From NCBI GenBank assembly GCA_002269645.1, contig NIVC01000061.1, forward strand, positions 186,001-250,000: a DNA stretch of 64,000 bases. Reading direction: 5' to 3'. This DNA comes from Macrostomum lignano. Taxonomy: Eukaryota. Made by a program: the position numbers and the translations under genes. Positions 37,761 through 56,922 of this stretch are shown piece by piece (position 1 is the stretch's first letter; every line of letters starts with the position of its first letter). Under the pieces are notes generated by a model. It was not told the origin of the DNA. It worked only from the letters and a program-made list of their open reading frames with translations, and did no database searches.

Positions 37761-38419
37761 CATCTGCCCCTCAGCCATAAGCTGGATTCTTTATCTGGCC
37801 ACTGACATGGTTGTTCTCATGCTTTGATCACGTCATCTTTCTTGCCAATTCGCAGCCCTGAAAGGAATTTGTGTATCTTCAGCTCTACTGCAGTTTGCAT
37901 CAGTCTAACAACCAAGGAAATACGCATTTCTTAGGAGGCCATTTAAATTTTAAAGTACTTTTAAGAGAAACTTAAAATTTCCATGGTGTGCCTAATTTAT
38001 TAGGGTTGTATTTCATTGCATCGCATCGCCTTTTCATAAATCTTTCGCTTTTACAAACCATGCTGGATTCCCTCGATTTGCCAATTGCCATCCACTGTTA
38101 AACTGCTGCAGAGTTTGCCAATACAGAGAGGAGGGCAATGGTTAGAATTTCTCACTAAACTGTTATGGCTAAACGTAGCCTCTCTCCACTCTCAGGGTGC
38201 AGAGAAGGCTATAAATAAAGTTATTCCAAAACACTGTACATTTGCTATGTACATTCAGTCCTATCGCCTGACCCTTCGTCTGGCTCTGGGGGGAATGAGT
38301 GGAGTGAGTGAGTGGCACAAACAACAGAAAAAGCAGACAAACTTCACATGCTTACAGTTTCTTTTTTGGTTGAGTTACAGAGTTGAAACTTTACATTTAG
38401 ATAGAGAATGAGTCAATGA

Positions 38420-38940
38420 AGAATTGTGTCAAGTTTGAAGTCAATCGCTTTATTTGGAGCAAACTTATGGCAGCTGAAAGTTAGTCAATTTTGAAACCCT
38501 TTTACACATCTATGCCCAGATCGGGATCGAGAAAGAGAGGCAGGCGGGCGGAGGTTGGGGTGGTTGCTACGCTGAAAAAAGCAGCCTAACTTTAAAAGTG
38601 CACAGCGCCGTTCAGGATCAACTTTGAAACTCGAAATTTTACATGATTGTTCCAAAATAGTTGAAGATTATCTGTGTCAAATTTGAAGAGAATCGATAAA
38701 AGTGGAACGGCGCTATGGAGGATTTAGTGAAAAAATCGCGCATTTTGAGCAGTTTTTTGTACTTTTAGGTAGGAAGACTCAAATTTAGGAAATTAAAATG
38801 TAGCCTAAGACATTCTCCGTAGTGAGTTTAGGGTGGGTGTAAAATTTGGTGTCATTTGGTTGAGCGGTTTGGGAGTCCATAGCGATCAAAATTGTCCACA
38901 CACAGACAGACAGAGTTTTGATTTTTATAGGTATAGATAT
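38420..38940 (+). mobile_element. Helitron/Helentron-associated (HINE-like) non-autonomous repeat
   Basis: GTGTCAA(G/A)TTTGAAG..AATCG repeats, TTGAGCGGTTT, short CAGACAGACAG seed and ATAGAT end; similar motif at 57065-57140. Family assignment is from pattern recall only. Confidence 0.4.
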
Positions 38941-39165
38941 ATATATTATTTTGTGGATCCTACTTAGTTTTTTATTCATTCAAATTGGTGCGTGGCTGAC
39001 AGCTAACGGTCTGACGTGGCAGCGAGTTTACACAGACAAAGCATACAAAGCCATAGACAACAGAAACCAATCTGGTTCAAGTGCGATTAATCTGGGCCAT
39101 ATAGCTGGAATGCATGGCTAAAGTACAGAATGGCACAGAGGACCACACGCTAAAGTCGGTCTGGT

Positions 39166-39208
<43 letters not shown>

Positions 39209-39655
39209 AGTGAATGCATTGGTGAGCGCTAGTTTGGAGTTTGATGTTGGTGAAACAACCTGCAGATTGTCTGGTGATTTCACTTCTTAGTTTATGGTGC
39301 AGATGAACTCCGCTGGGCTCTTTGCAACGCACCAACGTATATTAATCATCTACCAGCATGCCAGCAGACCCAGTTAAAAAATCAGTTTGAAAAAAGTGAC
39401 GACCTCTTTGCTCTAAGTGTCAAATTAAAGGTTTTTTTCAGTTCTGATCTGTCTTTAAGTTTCTGAGCGATATTTCCATATTCTGTGACAAAACTTCAGA
39501 TGTCTGGTCTGATTATCAAAAGATGTTAGAAAAATGCATTAAATTTAATAGCTGAAAAAGCACACGAAATATTTCGGTTAGGAGTTTAACAGTTAGTTTA
39601 TTCATACGTTACAGTATACATAAATTGATTAATATCAGTTTCAATTATTTATACA

Positions 39656-39975
39656 GGGTGTTGTAGCCTCCTGGTTAGAGCGTCGGACTTACGACTTGAA
39701 GGTCGGGGGTTCGATTCCCGATCCTACACGAACAATTTGCGTCCTTGATTGAGCAAGACATTTAACTCTCTAAACTGCTTCAGTTCACCCAGCTGTAAAT
39801 GCAAAATTGGTGCCAGCATTAGCTGGGGTAATTGAGGGTGTGTACCCCCCCCCCCAGTCCTTGGACTGAACAGCCATACGCAGCCTTCAGATGCGCCGGC
39901 AATAGCTGCGGCTGAGCTGTCGGTTGCACGTCTGTCAATTAGGGCAGGTGTAATCAGTTATTATTTATTATTATT
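39656..39975 (+). mobile_element. tRNA-derived SINE with Deu/Nin-like central domain
   Basis: A box GTAGCCTCCTGGTTAGAGC, B box GGGTTCGATTCCC, core GAGCAAGACATTTAAC..TCACCCAGCTGTAAATG and (TTA)-rich tail. Confidence 0.75.
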
Positions 39976-40612
39976 GGTAGGAATAATGTTGAGTGAGCCC
40001 TGCACTATTTGAGTGGCTGACGGTCAGACAGACAGGCAGTAGGTGTCGGCTCAAGATTACCCAAGATTTGAGCAGAAATAGTGCACAGAGCCGAAAGGCA
40101 TATTATGCATGTACATGTGAGTGCACTCCACGGAGAGTGATGCGTTTAATAGGGCCTTTGGCTGTACAGTCTTCGAGATGGCCGATAGGAAATCCTTCAA
40201 ATTGGAATTCAAAACCCAAGGCTGATCTCTCTGAGACTGATTGGCGACCATTCGACAATGTCGAAGGTGAAATGGCATCAAATGGAGTTAAGAGACCGTA
40301 AAGATTCGATCGGCCTTACGCTAGGTCACCTTTTCAGCAAGCAATTAGTGCGGCCTCTCCAAATGGACATTAATTATTAATAAGCGTTCCAATATACTGT
40401 TACGTTAATATCGCTAAATTTCCAAAGTGTTTCTTGACTTCTTTGACAAGCCAAACCAAATGAATATGGACCTGACTGAAATTCCATGATCAGAACTTGT
40501 TTTATTGTCATGCTGCTACCCAAGTAAACTTATAGTAGTATTTCATGCGCTTTCACATTTCTTCTATAGATTTTAATTGTCTGGATCCCAACTTGTGCCA
40601 GTCAGCCCAGCC

Positions 40613-42517
40613 TCAGTCCACACCCCCGTCCGCTTCTTCATCAAACGGCGGAGGCGGCGGCCCCAGGCCGTTCAGCAGCTGCCGCACCGACTCCAGGAGG
40701 CCCGCCAGGCCGCCGCCACCACCGCCTTCTCCGCCCTCGGCGCCCTGGGGCTGCGGCGGCGCGCTCAGGTCGAAGTTGGGCATCAGGGAGCGCAGGAAGG
40801 CGGTCAGCAGACCGTCGTCGGCAGCGGAGGCGCCGCCAGCGCCGGCGCGAAGTCGGCGCAGCCGGTCGAGTTCGTAGCCGCACACGGAGTCGGGCGGCGG
40901 CAGCGGGTCGAAGGCGTTCAGCCCGGCCGGGTCGACGTCCGCCGGCAGGTCGGCGAGGGCGTCGCGGACCTCGGAGACGACCAGGTGCCGGAGGACGTTC
41001 AGCGGGGTGCGCCGGTAGCGGCGGCGTCGCCGCTCGGCGGCCTCAGCGATGCGAGGATCCGGCGGGGTGGCGGCGGCCGCTTCGGCGACGCGGGCGGCGC
41101 CGGACACGAGGAAGGTGACGGCGGCGGCCTCCTTCCAGCAGTGGCCGCAGCGCTGCACGTAGAGGCCGCACAGCTGGCGAAGTCCGGGACTCGAGTCCCG
41201 GTCGGCCTCGGCGGCGCTAAACAGGCGGCAGCCGGACACGGGAGGCGCGGCCTCCACGCTGAGGCGGGCGAGCAGCGGCGCCAGCACAGAGGGGAACTGG
41301 ATGAGCGCAGCGTCCAGAGCAGCGGCGGCATCGGGGCGGCCCAGGCGGAAGCGGGCGAGGGCGGCCGAGAAGGCCCAGTTGGGCAGCTGGGTCAGGTGCC
41401 TGGACGGCTCCCAGGCGTGCAGCAGGCGGAGCAGGAACTCCTCCTGGCCTGACATGAGGCAGGCGGCATCGATGAGCAGCAGGGAGCCCATGGGATCGGC
41501 GGTGGGGCTGAGGCTGAGCAGCAGCTTGCAGGTCTCCAGGCAGGCGCGGTGGCAGCAGCGGCCGGTCAAGGCGAGGGCGTGGCGCAGCAGCGCCGAGAAC
41601 AGGGCGCGGTTCTCGCGCCGGGCGAAGCTGAGGCGGCAGCGGTCGCTGGCGAAGCTGAAGCCGGGCGCAGCGGCGCATTCCATGGCGTACAGGGCGCGCT
41701 CGACCAGGTCGGCGGCGGTGGCGGCGTCCTCCTGCAGGCGGAAGACCTCGGCCAGCTGCAGCAGGGTGTCGACGTGGTAGGGCTGCCGGTGCAGGATCTC
41801 GGCCAGGCGGTCGGGCTGCCCGGACTCGACGGCGTCGGCGAAGGCCAGCTGGGTGCGCTCGTACTCGCGGCTGTGCTCAAACCGGTAGGCGGCGCTGCCA
41901 GCCGGGAAGCCGTCCGAGGCGAAGGTCTCCGCGTCCGGCGACATGGACAAGCCGAGGCGGACCACCGGCGGCCACGTGGGCTTCGGCTGGGCCAGCAGGC
42001 CGCGCCGCCAGCCGCCCGGCTGCTGCTGCTGGAGCCGCCTGATGGACGGCTGGCGGGCCGCCGACTCCCCTGCCGCCTGGCCGAACAGCCGCCGCAGCTC
42101 CTGGCCGCCGTCCAGCAGGCGGAGGTCGACGCTGAGCAGCGGCTTGCCGCCTCCGCCGCTGACGTTCGACACCGCCGAGACCGTCGCCGGAGGTGCCGGG
42201 TTCGAGTCGGCGCTGGCCAGAGCCGCTGCGAACTCGTCCTCCTCATCCACTGCGGCCTCCCCGCCCTTCCGCTTGCCTGGCTTCTTGTTCTTCTTCTTTT
42301 TCTGCTTCTGCTGCGGCGGCTGCGGGCTGCTCGGCTCCGCCTCCTCTCCGGCATCCTCAGCCTCCGACTGCGACATCAGCAGCGCGAACTGGTTGACCCG
42401 GCCAGCGGGCTCAGCATCCTCAGCTTCATCTTGAGCAGCCGCGTCCGTCTTCTCCAGCTCGGCCGCCTTGGCCGCGGCCTCCGCCTCCTGCAGCTTTCGT
42501 AAAACTCGACGGGACAT
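40613..42517 (-). CDS. TCF25: Transcription factor 25 / ribosome quality control factor Rqc1 homologue, 634 aa, intron-free CDS
   Basis: MSRRVLRKL N-terminus; FEHS..Y...Q..F..AVES, PYHVDTLLQL, LVERALY, ENRALF, CKLLLSL.P..DPMG.LL.ID motifs of the TCF25/DUF654 family. Confidence 0.93.
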   Translation of the reverse strand: MSRRVLRKLQEAEAAAKAAELEKTDAAAQDEAEDAEPAGRVNQFALLMSQSEAEDAGEEAEPSSPQPPQQKQKKKKNKKPGKRKGGEAAVDEEDEFAAALASADSNPAPPATVSAVSNVSGGGGKPLLSVDLRLLDGGQELRRLFGQAAGESAARQPSIRRLQQQQPGGWRRGLLAQPKPTWPPVVRLGLSMSPDAETFASDGFPAGSAAYRFEHSREYERTQLAFADAVESGQPDRLAEILHRQPYHVDTLLQLAEVFRLQEDAATAADLVERALYAMECAAAPGFSFASDRCRLSFARRENRALFSALLRHALALTGRCCHRACLETCKLLLSLSPTADPMGSLLLIDAACLMSGQEEFLLRLLHAWEPSRHLTQLPNWAFSAALARFRLGRPDAAAALDAALIQFPSVLAPLLARLSVEAAPPVSGCRLFSAAEADRDSSPGLRQLCGLYVQRCGHCWKEAAAVTFLVSGAARVAEAAAATPPDPRIAEAAERRRRRYRRTPLNVLRHLVVSEVRDALADLPADVDPAGLNAFDPLPPPDSVCGYELDRLRRLRAGAGGASAADDGLLTAFLRSLMPNFDLSAPPQPQGAEGGEGGGGGGLAGLLESVRQLLNGLGPPPPPFDEEADGGVD

Positions 42518-42661
42518 GGCGAGCTGCTGCCCGCCGCTCGAGTGCTGCGATCGGTAACGACTGCCGACTCAGGTCGGTGCGGATAATCTTCCCAACTTGG
42601 GAGAACTTTGCTGGAACAAGAGGGTGACTCGATTGCATGGGATGGGAATCAGCCGAGCATT

Positions 42662-43700
42662 CTGATGGGGACCTGATGGGGACCTGATGGGTATCTGATG
42701 GGGACCTGATGGGGACCTGATGGGTATCTGATGGGTATCTGATGGGTATCTGATGGGTATCTGATGGAACCCTGATGGGTATCTGATGGGGACCTGATGG
42801 GGACCTGATGGGGACCTGATGGGGACCTGATGGGTATCTGATGGGGACCTGATGGGGACCTGATGGGTATCTGATGGGTATCTGATGGGTATCTGATGGG
42901 TATCTGATGGGTATCTGATGGGTATCTGATGGGGACCTGATGGGGACCTGATGGGGACCTGATGGGTATCTGATGGGTATCTGATGGGTATCTGATGGGT
43001 ATCTGATGGGTATCTGATGGGGACCTGATGGGTATCTGATGGGTATCTGATGGGTATCTGATGGGTATCTGATGGGTATCTGATGGGGACCTGATGGGGA
43101 CCTGATGGGGACCTGATGGGTATCTGATGGGGACCTGATGGGGACCTGATGGGGACCTGATGGGGACCTGATGGGGACCTGATGGGGACCTGATGGGGAT
43201 CTGATGGGGATCTGGTGAGGATTCTGGTGGGTATCTGATGGGTATCTGATGGGGACCTGATGGGGATCTGGTGGGGATCTGGTGAGGATTCTGGTGGGTA
43301 TCTGATGGGTATCTGATGGGGACCTGATGGGGATCTGGTGGGGATCTGGTGAGGATTCTGGTGGGTATCTGATGGGTATCTGATGGGGACCTGATGGGGA
43401 TCTGGTGGGGATCTGGTAAGGATTCTGGTGAGGATTTTGGTGGGGATCTGGAGAGGATTCTGATGGGGATCTGGTGAGGATTCTGATGGGGATGTGATGG
43501 GGATCTGGTGAGGATTCTGATGGGGATCTGGTGAGGATTCTGATGGGGATGTGATGGGGATCTGGTGAGGATTCTGATGGGGATCTGGTGAGGATTCTGA
43601 TGGGGATCTGATGGGGATCTGGTGAGGATTCTGATGGGGATCTGGTGAGGATTCTGATGGGGATCTGATGGGGATCTGGTGAGGATTTATATAGTGACTC
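42662..43700. repeat. G-rich 11-bp minisatellite CTGATGGG(GAC/TAT), degenerating into CTGGTGAGGATT
   Basis: Direct observation; starts ~145 nt upstream of the TCF25 ATG. Confidence 0.95.
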
Positions 43701-44355
43701 TGGTGGGGACTTTGATGGGGATCTTGATCGGAATTCTGGTGGATATTCTGGTGGGGATTTTGGCGGGGATTTGATTGGGATTCTAGTATGGAGTTTTAGT
43801 ATATTGGATTTTTATCTGGTGGGTTCCGCTTCTGAAATACCGATCGTCACCAATTATCACCCAGACAGCAAATAAAACTCAAACTCAAACTCAAAATGCA
43901 AAACTTCTGCCCAGAGCAGCGCAGCTCAGAAGCAATGCGCCAAGCGTTTCCAATATTTTATTGTAGAGCAGCAGTGCATAAAATTGGGTCTGTGTTATAA
44001 ACAGGTTAAGCAGGCAATGTAAAGTTAGCACAGACTAATAAAAGTGAATGAACAAAGTGAGGCATGCAGTCTGCAAGCACGTCGGCAGCAATAGGGAATC
44101 CATAAGATATCTAGCAAATATATTGAATATAAATATATCGAGTATAAATACAAAATAGTGGAATCTCATCAGTAATGAAAAGTAATTCTTATTGGCAGGT
44201 AAACAAACATTCCTAGCATGCGCCAGTACGCCTAGCATAGTGCTTGCGCAGCCGCCCGTTCCACGCAACTCTGGCGGCTCGCAAATGGGAAGACTCGAAT
44301 GTTTGAATCGGGAGCAGAGAGCAAAACAGAAGGCTTAAACAATGGATTGTCTGCT

Positions 44356-44955
44356 CTCACTCAGAGATCCGGGCAAGCCCTCACTCAGAGATCCGGGCAA
44401 GCCCTCACTCAGAGATCCGGGCAAGCCCTCACTCAGAGATCCGGGCAAGCCCTCACTCAGAGATCCGGGCAAGCCCTCACTCAGAGATCCGGGCAAGCCC
44501 TCACTCAGAGACCCGGGCAAGCCCTCACTCAGAGATCCGGGCAAGCCCTCACTCAGAGATCCGGGCAAGCCCTCACTCAGAGATCCGGGCAAGCCCTCAC
44601 TCAGAGATCCGGGCAAGCCCTCACTCAGAGATCCGGGCAAGCCCTCACTCAGAGATCCGGGCAAGCCCTCACTCAGAGATCCGGGCAAGCCCTCACTCAG
44701 AGATCCGGGCAAGCCCTCACTCAGAGATTCGGGCAAGCCCTCACTCAGAGATCCGGGCAAGCCCTCACTCGGAGATCCGGGCAAGCCCTCACTCGGAGAT
44801 CCGGGCAAGCCCTCACTCAGAGATCCGGGCAAGCCCTCACTCAGAGATCCGGGCAAGCCCTCACTCAGAGATCCGGGCAAGCCCTCACTCAGAGATCCGG
44901 GCAAGCCCTCACTCAGAGATCCGGGCAAGCCCTCACTCGGAGATCCGGGCAAGCC
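44356..44955. repeat. 24-bp minisatellite (CTCACTCAGAGATCCGGGCAAGCC) x25
   Basis: 600 bp, highly homogeneous. Confidence 0.95.
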
Positions 44956-45334
44956 CACAATCTGCATAATAACCTATCTGGGATAAAGACTGAGCAGCCA
45001 TAACAAAGACACATGTAAATGTCGGCATCGGTGTGCCAGTGACAGGCTGGAACATTTAGGATGAACAGGAAGGCCCGCCATGCAGTTGGACAAAAACGCG
45101 CATTGGAAATCATAATAAAATGGGAAGTCAAAACAACCGGAGACAATTTTAATAAAAAAACAACACAGACGGGCGCAGGAGTGACTTGAGTGGCAAGGGC
45201 GTTGCGTTGCCAAGCTGAAGCCGGCATGCTGAATATAAATTGAATTTGTCACTCTGTGCATGCGTCACTCCGGGCTGTTGTCACTCAATGTTTAACTAAG
45301 ACTGTGCAACTATACAGAATGATCGCCCGCTGTC

Positions 45335-45670
45335 AATCCTTGGTAATGTCACTTAGAAATTCCACTCTATGGAATTGTCACTATAAAATTGTCACTCTAT
45401 GGAATTGTCACTCTATTAAATTGTCACTACAGAATTGTCACTCTATGGAATTGTCACTCTATTAAATTGTCACTCTATTAAATCGTCACTCTATAGAATT
45501 GTCACTCTATAAAATTGTCACTCTATAAAATTGTCACTCTAAAATGTCACTCTTTAGAATTCTCACTCTATAAAAATGCCACTCTATAGAATTGTCACTC
45601 TAACGGAGTTGTAACAGGTATGCCACTGTAAATATCACTACAGAACTGTCACTCTATACAGACTTGTCAC
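45335..45670. repeat. Degenerate AATTGTCACTCTAT array with ~16-17-bp period
   Basis: Direct observation; may be transposon subterminal repeats. Confidence 0.8.
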
Positions 45671-47039
45671 TCCGTCTAGACCTCCTCCGCGTGCTGCCGG
45701 CTATTTAAGGAAGCGGTTTTCGGCATGAGAATCCTCAAACTCCTCCGTCCTTGTCTTACTTTGGACTTGCTGTCAGACGCTGCTCTGACCTATTCGTCCA
45801 TAGGACGAACCTCTGCCGGTCCGCGGTCTGTTACCGCCAAGTTCCTTTCAGCTCCCCAAGTGAGCTCATCTGCCGGCCAGCGGTCTGATACCGCCAAGTT
45901 CCTTTCAGCTCCCCAAGTGAGCTCATCTGCCGGCCAGCGGTCTGTTACCGCCCAGCATCTTCAGCATCGCCTGAACTACATCAGCGCCTCGTCGCTCCAG
46001 CGCATCGCCGCTTCACTGTCTGCCTGTCTGCAGCCAACAGCCGTCGTCGGTCACTCCATCGCTCTCTCTCTGTGCAGCTGCCGGTAAGTTCCTGTTACTA
46101 ATTTGTGCTCTTATTGCCTTGCTTGTCCGGGTTCGCCTATTTTTCCATTGCTTGATTAGAGAGCGGAGCCAATTGTGATACCATACCTTTTGCTGTATGA
46201 TATTCAATAGTGAAGCCGCTTAATTTGCCTGATTATCTTGCCTAATGGCCAAATCGTTAACTATTACTAAACTCATCATTATTCACCTGTTCACCATCAT
46301 TTCATTCATGGCTTGCTAAGCCTTTCTCCCAGGGTGGCAAGGCATAAGGAAGTTCGGGTAAGCTAATGGCCTCCCCCCGTGCAAAGCCCGCCTGTGTGTG
46401 CGTGCTGCGGGGCCGTGTGTGCATGCAGTAGAGGGATTAGCGAGTCTTGGCACAGAATGGCAGTAGGAAGGTTGCAACCCCATGCTGACGCGTCCCTTCG
46501 CCCTGAGCAATCTAAACTATAGACAGTACATGTTCGCCTCACCCTACTCTTAGTAATTGAAACCGCAAGTCAGCCTCGATCACAGCCACAAAGGATCCCC
46601 TGCTGAGAAATCCTCCAGATTGAGCCCAGAGTTCCCGATCATGCCCCAAGCAGAGTCCCTGTACTCGGCTGCATGTGTCTCCCCTGTTAGCCTAAATCTC
46701 CTGGTAACCATCCCAGGCGGGGCTCTAGCCTCGAGAGGTCTGGTAGTAAGATCTAGGTGCGCCAGGTCACATAGAGTGGTGGCAGCCACTCGGTCATGCT
46801 ATGGCCGAGTGACCAACTATTGCACCTTGGCTACAGGCGGGGTCCATGTGGGTCCTTGGCCCTCTGGTCACGAAAGCGCTACCAAAGCTATCTATCATGT
46901 GGGCGGGACAGTCTGGTGCTGGAGGTCCGTCGAGTTTTCATTGGCATAAACACAGAAGGTGTGTTATTTATCGTTTTATCTCTGACAAGTCAAGAGGCGG
47001 ATTTCATAGCCTCCGCCCTAGTAAACAAACGAAGCAGAG

Positions 47040-47470
47040 ATAAATGAAGTGTTCAGCCCCACGAAAGGGGTTGATGGGTACGCACCTGTGATGGCGCGGC
47101 AGATGCTGCCTTGCAGCTGGTAGAGGCGCTCCCGAGCGGTCTTCTCCTCCACGCTAGACCAGATGAAGCTCGCGTACATGATGCTAGGCCGGATGATGTC
47201 GGTGTAAATCCAACGGACTGTTTTCGAGGAGAGGCCCCAGGTCGGCCCGATGACTCTGCACACTTAGGCGAAGCAGCGCTTCGCTCGACCAATGTTGTCG
47301 TCAAGGTGCTCGATCGTTCGGCGTAGATTATGCGCTAGAGTCACACCGAGATACGTGACCTCCTTCTCAAAGGGGATGTTTCTACCATAAACAGTGAGGT
47401 TTTGCATCTCCCACCCTCGGCGCTTGGTGAAGATGACAATGGATAAATAATCAGCGGTCCCAGTGCGTGA
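47040..47470 (-). pseudogene. Non-LTR retrotransposon RT C-terminal fragment (I/R1/LOA-like)
   Basis: [17 protein letters not shown]....[44 protein letters not shown] with an internal stop. Confidence 0.8.
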
Positions 47471-47866
47471 CAACGATTGTCTGGCGAGCGCCGGTGGGTA
47501 GGCGCGAGCCATAGACAAATCGTTGTCACGTGCTGCGACCGCTGATTCTTTGCATTGTTTTTCTGTTTGACGATCCTACAGACAATGCATTGTTTGTAGT
47601 AATGGATTGTTCTGCATTAAAAATGTGAATAATGATCGTCAAATTGCTAAACAATGATTGTCTTCGCGAAGCTGAATTTTAGACCATGCTACCTACCATG
47701 CTACCTGGCCCAGTAAGCCACCTTGTCAGCGGTCAGGAGCTCGACCATGACGAGATTCCACAGAAGTGGGGTACGCACGCCGCCTTGGGCGTGACTCACT
47801 CTTGTACCTCCACAACTAGCTCTACATGTAGACCATGCATGCCATTTCGTGATTTACGAAGAAAGC

Positions 47867-48273
<407 letters not shown>

Positions 48274-49194
48274 TATTGTTCTTGAGCGTCGTGAGGAGCC
48301 ATCAGAGCCCATCTTGAGCGTCATAGGTTCCGAGACTGTTAGCCGTAAAACAAATTTGTCTATTCCAGTGTTATAATTCAAGCTTTTAGCTACTACGCTA
48401 AAAGCAATTTTATTACTTGATTTTTCTGAGACACAACCGCGTTGACCTAAAGTGACCTGTATGCATAAAACTGTCTAATATTACGAGTAATAATGTGAAT
48501 TTTTCCACAGTTTCAGGACAGCCATTGAGTTGAAGCGTGTAGAATTTTTCTAGTACGAGCTAACGCAGAAAAAGTACACCTACGATTAAGGCATGTACGA
48601 GAGTAATAAAATTCACCACGCAACAATTTCGAAATTATCAACGTCCATCAAGCATTTATCTATATGTAACGCCATCAGCTATGTAATCTTGTCCAACGCT
48701 TTCACATACTCGTAGATACTCGTAGATAGTGGGCGGTGCGTCAGTAAAGTCTTTGCCAAAACTTCAAAAATTTTGCTATAATTATTACGGGAGATCGCGA
48801 TAACAGTCCGAACTCTCCACTTGAGCTTGCTCTAAGAGGAGTTTCGAAATAAATCCTAAGAGATACGGATTACGAAGCCTCAAGTTTAAAAGTGGATGTA
48901 ATAAATAGACAATGGGCTCGTAGCTTTCATCTCGGATGCTATATTTTTGAACTCCATAGCCTAGGATAAACACAAGCAGAGAATGGCAGAGTTTTAATAC
49001 TCATAGGTCACAACGATTTTCACACGCAGTTATTTCGTAAACGAATCAAGTCGCCTGATAGACAGGTTATTGATAAAATGCTAATTGTCAACGAAATAAG
49101 CAATCAATGACTTTGTTCGCCTAGGATATTCTACCAGTTTTCAGTGATGCGGATGAGAGTAAGTCAGATAAGATCAGCGTTGCCAGAACGGGCG

Positions 49195-54917
<5,723 letters not shown>

Positions 54918-55018
54918 GTAGTTCGCACGCGTTGTCCTGAACAACGATTTCTATCTATCCGATACTCTGTCTTTTGTTTTTCCGCCTGAGCTTGAGCTGA
55001 AATTCCTTTACCGACATA

Positions 55019-55024
55019 TTTATA
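55019..55024 (-). promoter_or_regulatory. TATA box of gene B
   Basis: TGTCTATAAA on the minus strand, position conserved with genes A and C. Confidence 0.65.
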
Positions 55025-55513
55025 GACAAATGCTTTGGGTTGAGCAAAGCGTTTGACCAAAATAGGAGCCGAGGACAATGGGCCAAGCAATTTCTTCGCC
55101 AGTGGCAGAGGTGATGTAAATATTTTTACGCCAACGGCAAATAAAACCTATCGGCACATCCAAGTTACTTGAGTCCAGACAGACCAATTGCATTCTGTTT
55201 TTTTCAGGGAATATTTTTTTTTGCTTTTGCTCGCACAGGCGCGCCACTACACGGCCTTGCGAAAGGAATGCAGATGTTTTTGTAAACTGGTTGGCCGGTT
55301 TCCATCTTGTTTTTCTCGGTTCAAGCTCTCTATGGGAGGCTCTCTCTCTCTCTCTCTTTAGACGACACTCTCATGACCCTTGAACTCCCTAAGACGCATT
55401 AAATTAATGGCTTTGCGAAACGAGCTTCACTGCTTGACATAATTTTTTAAAGCACTTTTGCAATGATCCCAGAGCAGCTTCACAACTCTGTTTACTCTAT
55501 TACTCTCTGTTTA

Positions 55514-55825
55514 CTCTGCTTTGGCAATAATCAATTTCTCTGCTTTGGCAATAATCAATTTCTCTGCTTTGGCAATAATCAATTTCTCTGCTTTAGCAAT
55601 AATCAATTTCTCTGTTTTGGCAATAATCAATTTCTCTGTTTTGGCAATAATCAATTTCTCTGCTTTGGCAATAATCAATTTCTCTGTTTTGGCAATAATC
55701 AATTTCTCTGTTTTGGCAATAATCAATTTCTCTGCTTTGGCAATAATCAATTTCTCTGTTTTGGCAATAATCAATTTCTCTGTTTTGGCAATAATCAATT
55801 TCTCTGCTTTGGCAATAATCAATTT
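55514..55825. repeat. 24-bp minisatellite (CTCTG(C/T)TTTGGCAATAATCAATTT) x13
   Basis: Direct observation. Confidence 0.95.
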
Positions 55826-56020
55826 TTCTGCCCACCTGTTAAAGGTGCCGACGGTGTCGGGTTGATGATTGAATGCTTGAGAGACTAGCTTAGGATGTCC
55901 AACAGTCGAGGCTTGATCGGCGAAACTCGAGAAATTCGCATCAGGGTGTTCATAGTCACCTGGTGCCACCTGTTGACGGTCCAGAAGCTCCGTCTCGGTG
56001 TAGGCCAGTGATCAACGAAG

Positions 56021-56922
56021 TCAGAGCCTGATGCAGACACATGTCAGAGCTGATGCAGACACATGTCAGAGCTGATGCAGACACATGCCAGAGCTGATGC
56101 AGACACATGTCAGAGCTGATGCAGACACATGCCAGAGCTGATGCAGACACATGTCAGAGCTGATGCAGACACATGTCAGAGCTGATGCAGACACATGTCA
56201 GAGCTGATGCAGACACATGTCAGAGCTGATGCAGACACATGTCAGAGCTGATGCAGACACATGTCAGAGCTGATGCAGACACATGTCAGAGCTGATGCAG
56301 ACACATGTCAGAGCTGATGCAGACACATGTCAGAGCTGATGCAGACACATGTCAGAGCTGATGCAGACACATGTCAGAGCTGATGCAGACACATGTCAGA
56401 GCTGATGCAGACACATGTCAGAGCTGATGCAGACACATGTCAGAGCTGATGCAGACACATGTCAGAGCTGATGCAGACACATGTCAGAGCTGATGCAGAC
56501 ACATGTCAGAGCTGATGCAGACACATGTCAGAGCTGATGCAGACACATGTCAGAGCTGATGCAGACACATGTCAGAGCTGATGCAGACACATGTCAGAGC
56601 TGATGCAGACACATGTCAGAGCTGATGCAGACACATGTCAGAGCTGATGCAGACACATGTCAGAGCTGATGCAGACACATGTCAGAGCTGATGCAGACAC
56701 ATGCCAGAGCTGATGCAGACACATGTCAGAGCTGATGCAGACACATGTCAGAGCTGATGCAGACACATGTCAGAGCTGATGCAGACACATGTCAGAGCTG
56801 ATGCAGACACATGTCAGAGCTGATGCAGACACATGTCAGAGCTGATGCAGACACATGTCAGAGCTGATGCAGACACATATCAGAGCTGATGCAGACACAT
56901 GCCAGAGCTGATGCAGACACAT
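56021..56922. repeat. 22-bp minisatellite (CAGAGCTGATGCAGACACATGT), about 41 copies
   Basis: Direct observation. Confidence 0.95.

Noticed and set aside
36208-37827. Leu/Ser-rich ORFs of up to 338 aa (also 23658-24128)
   Set aside because: CT low-complexity DNA lacks stop codons by composition.
39656-39735. tRNA gene
   Set aside because: No complete cloverleaf, and it continues into a SINE core and tail, so it is called as a SINE.
40117-40225. FGCTVFEM resembling kinase subdomain IX
   Set aside because: Isolated 8-aa similarity with flanking stops and no other kinase motifs.
40545-42502. Overlapping and antisense ORFs across TCF25
   Set aside because: Expected shadows of very GC-rich coding sequence; only the 634-aa frame has family motifs.
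46300-46480. Possible HDV-like ribozyme near a LINE fragment (GCTAAT and CCT-TTCTCCC-AGG motifs)
   Set aside because: Consistent P1 and P2 pairings could not be built; a covariance-model search is needed.
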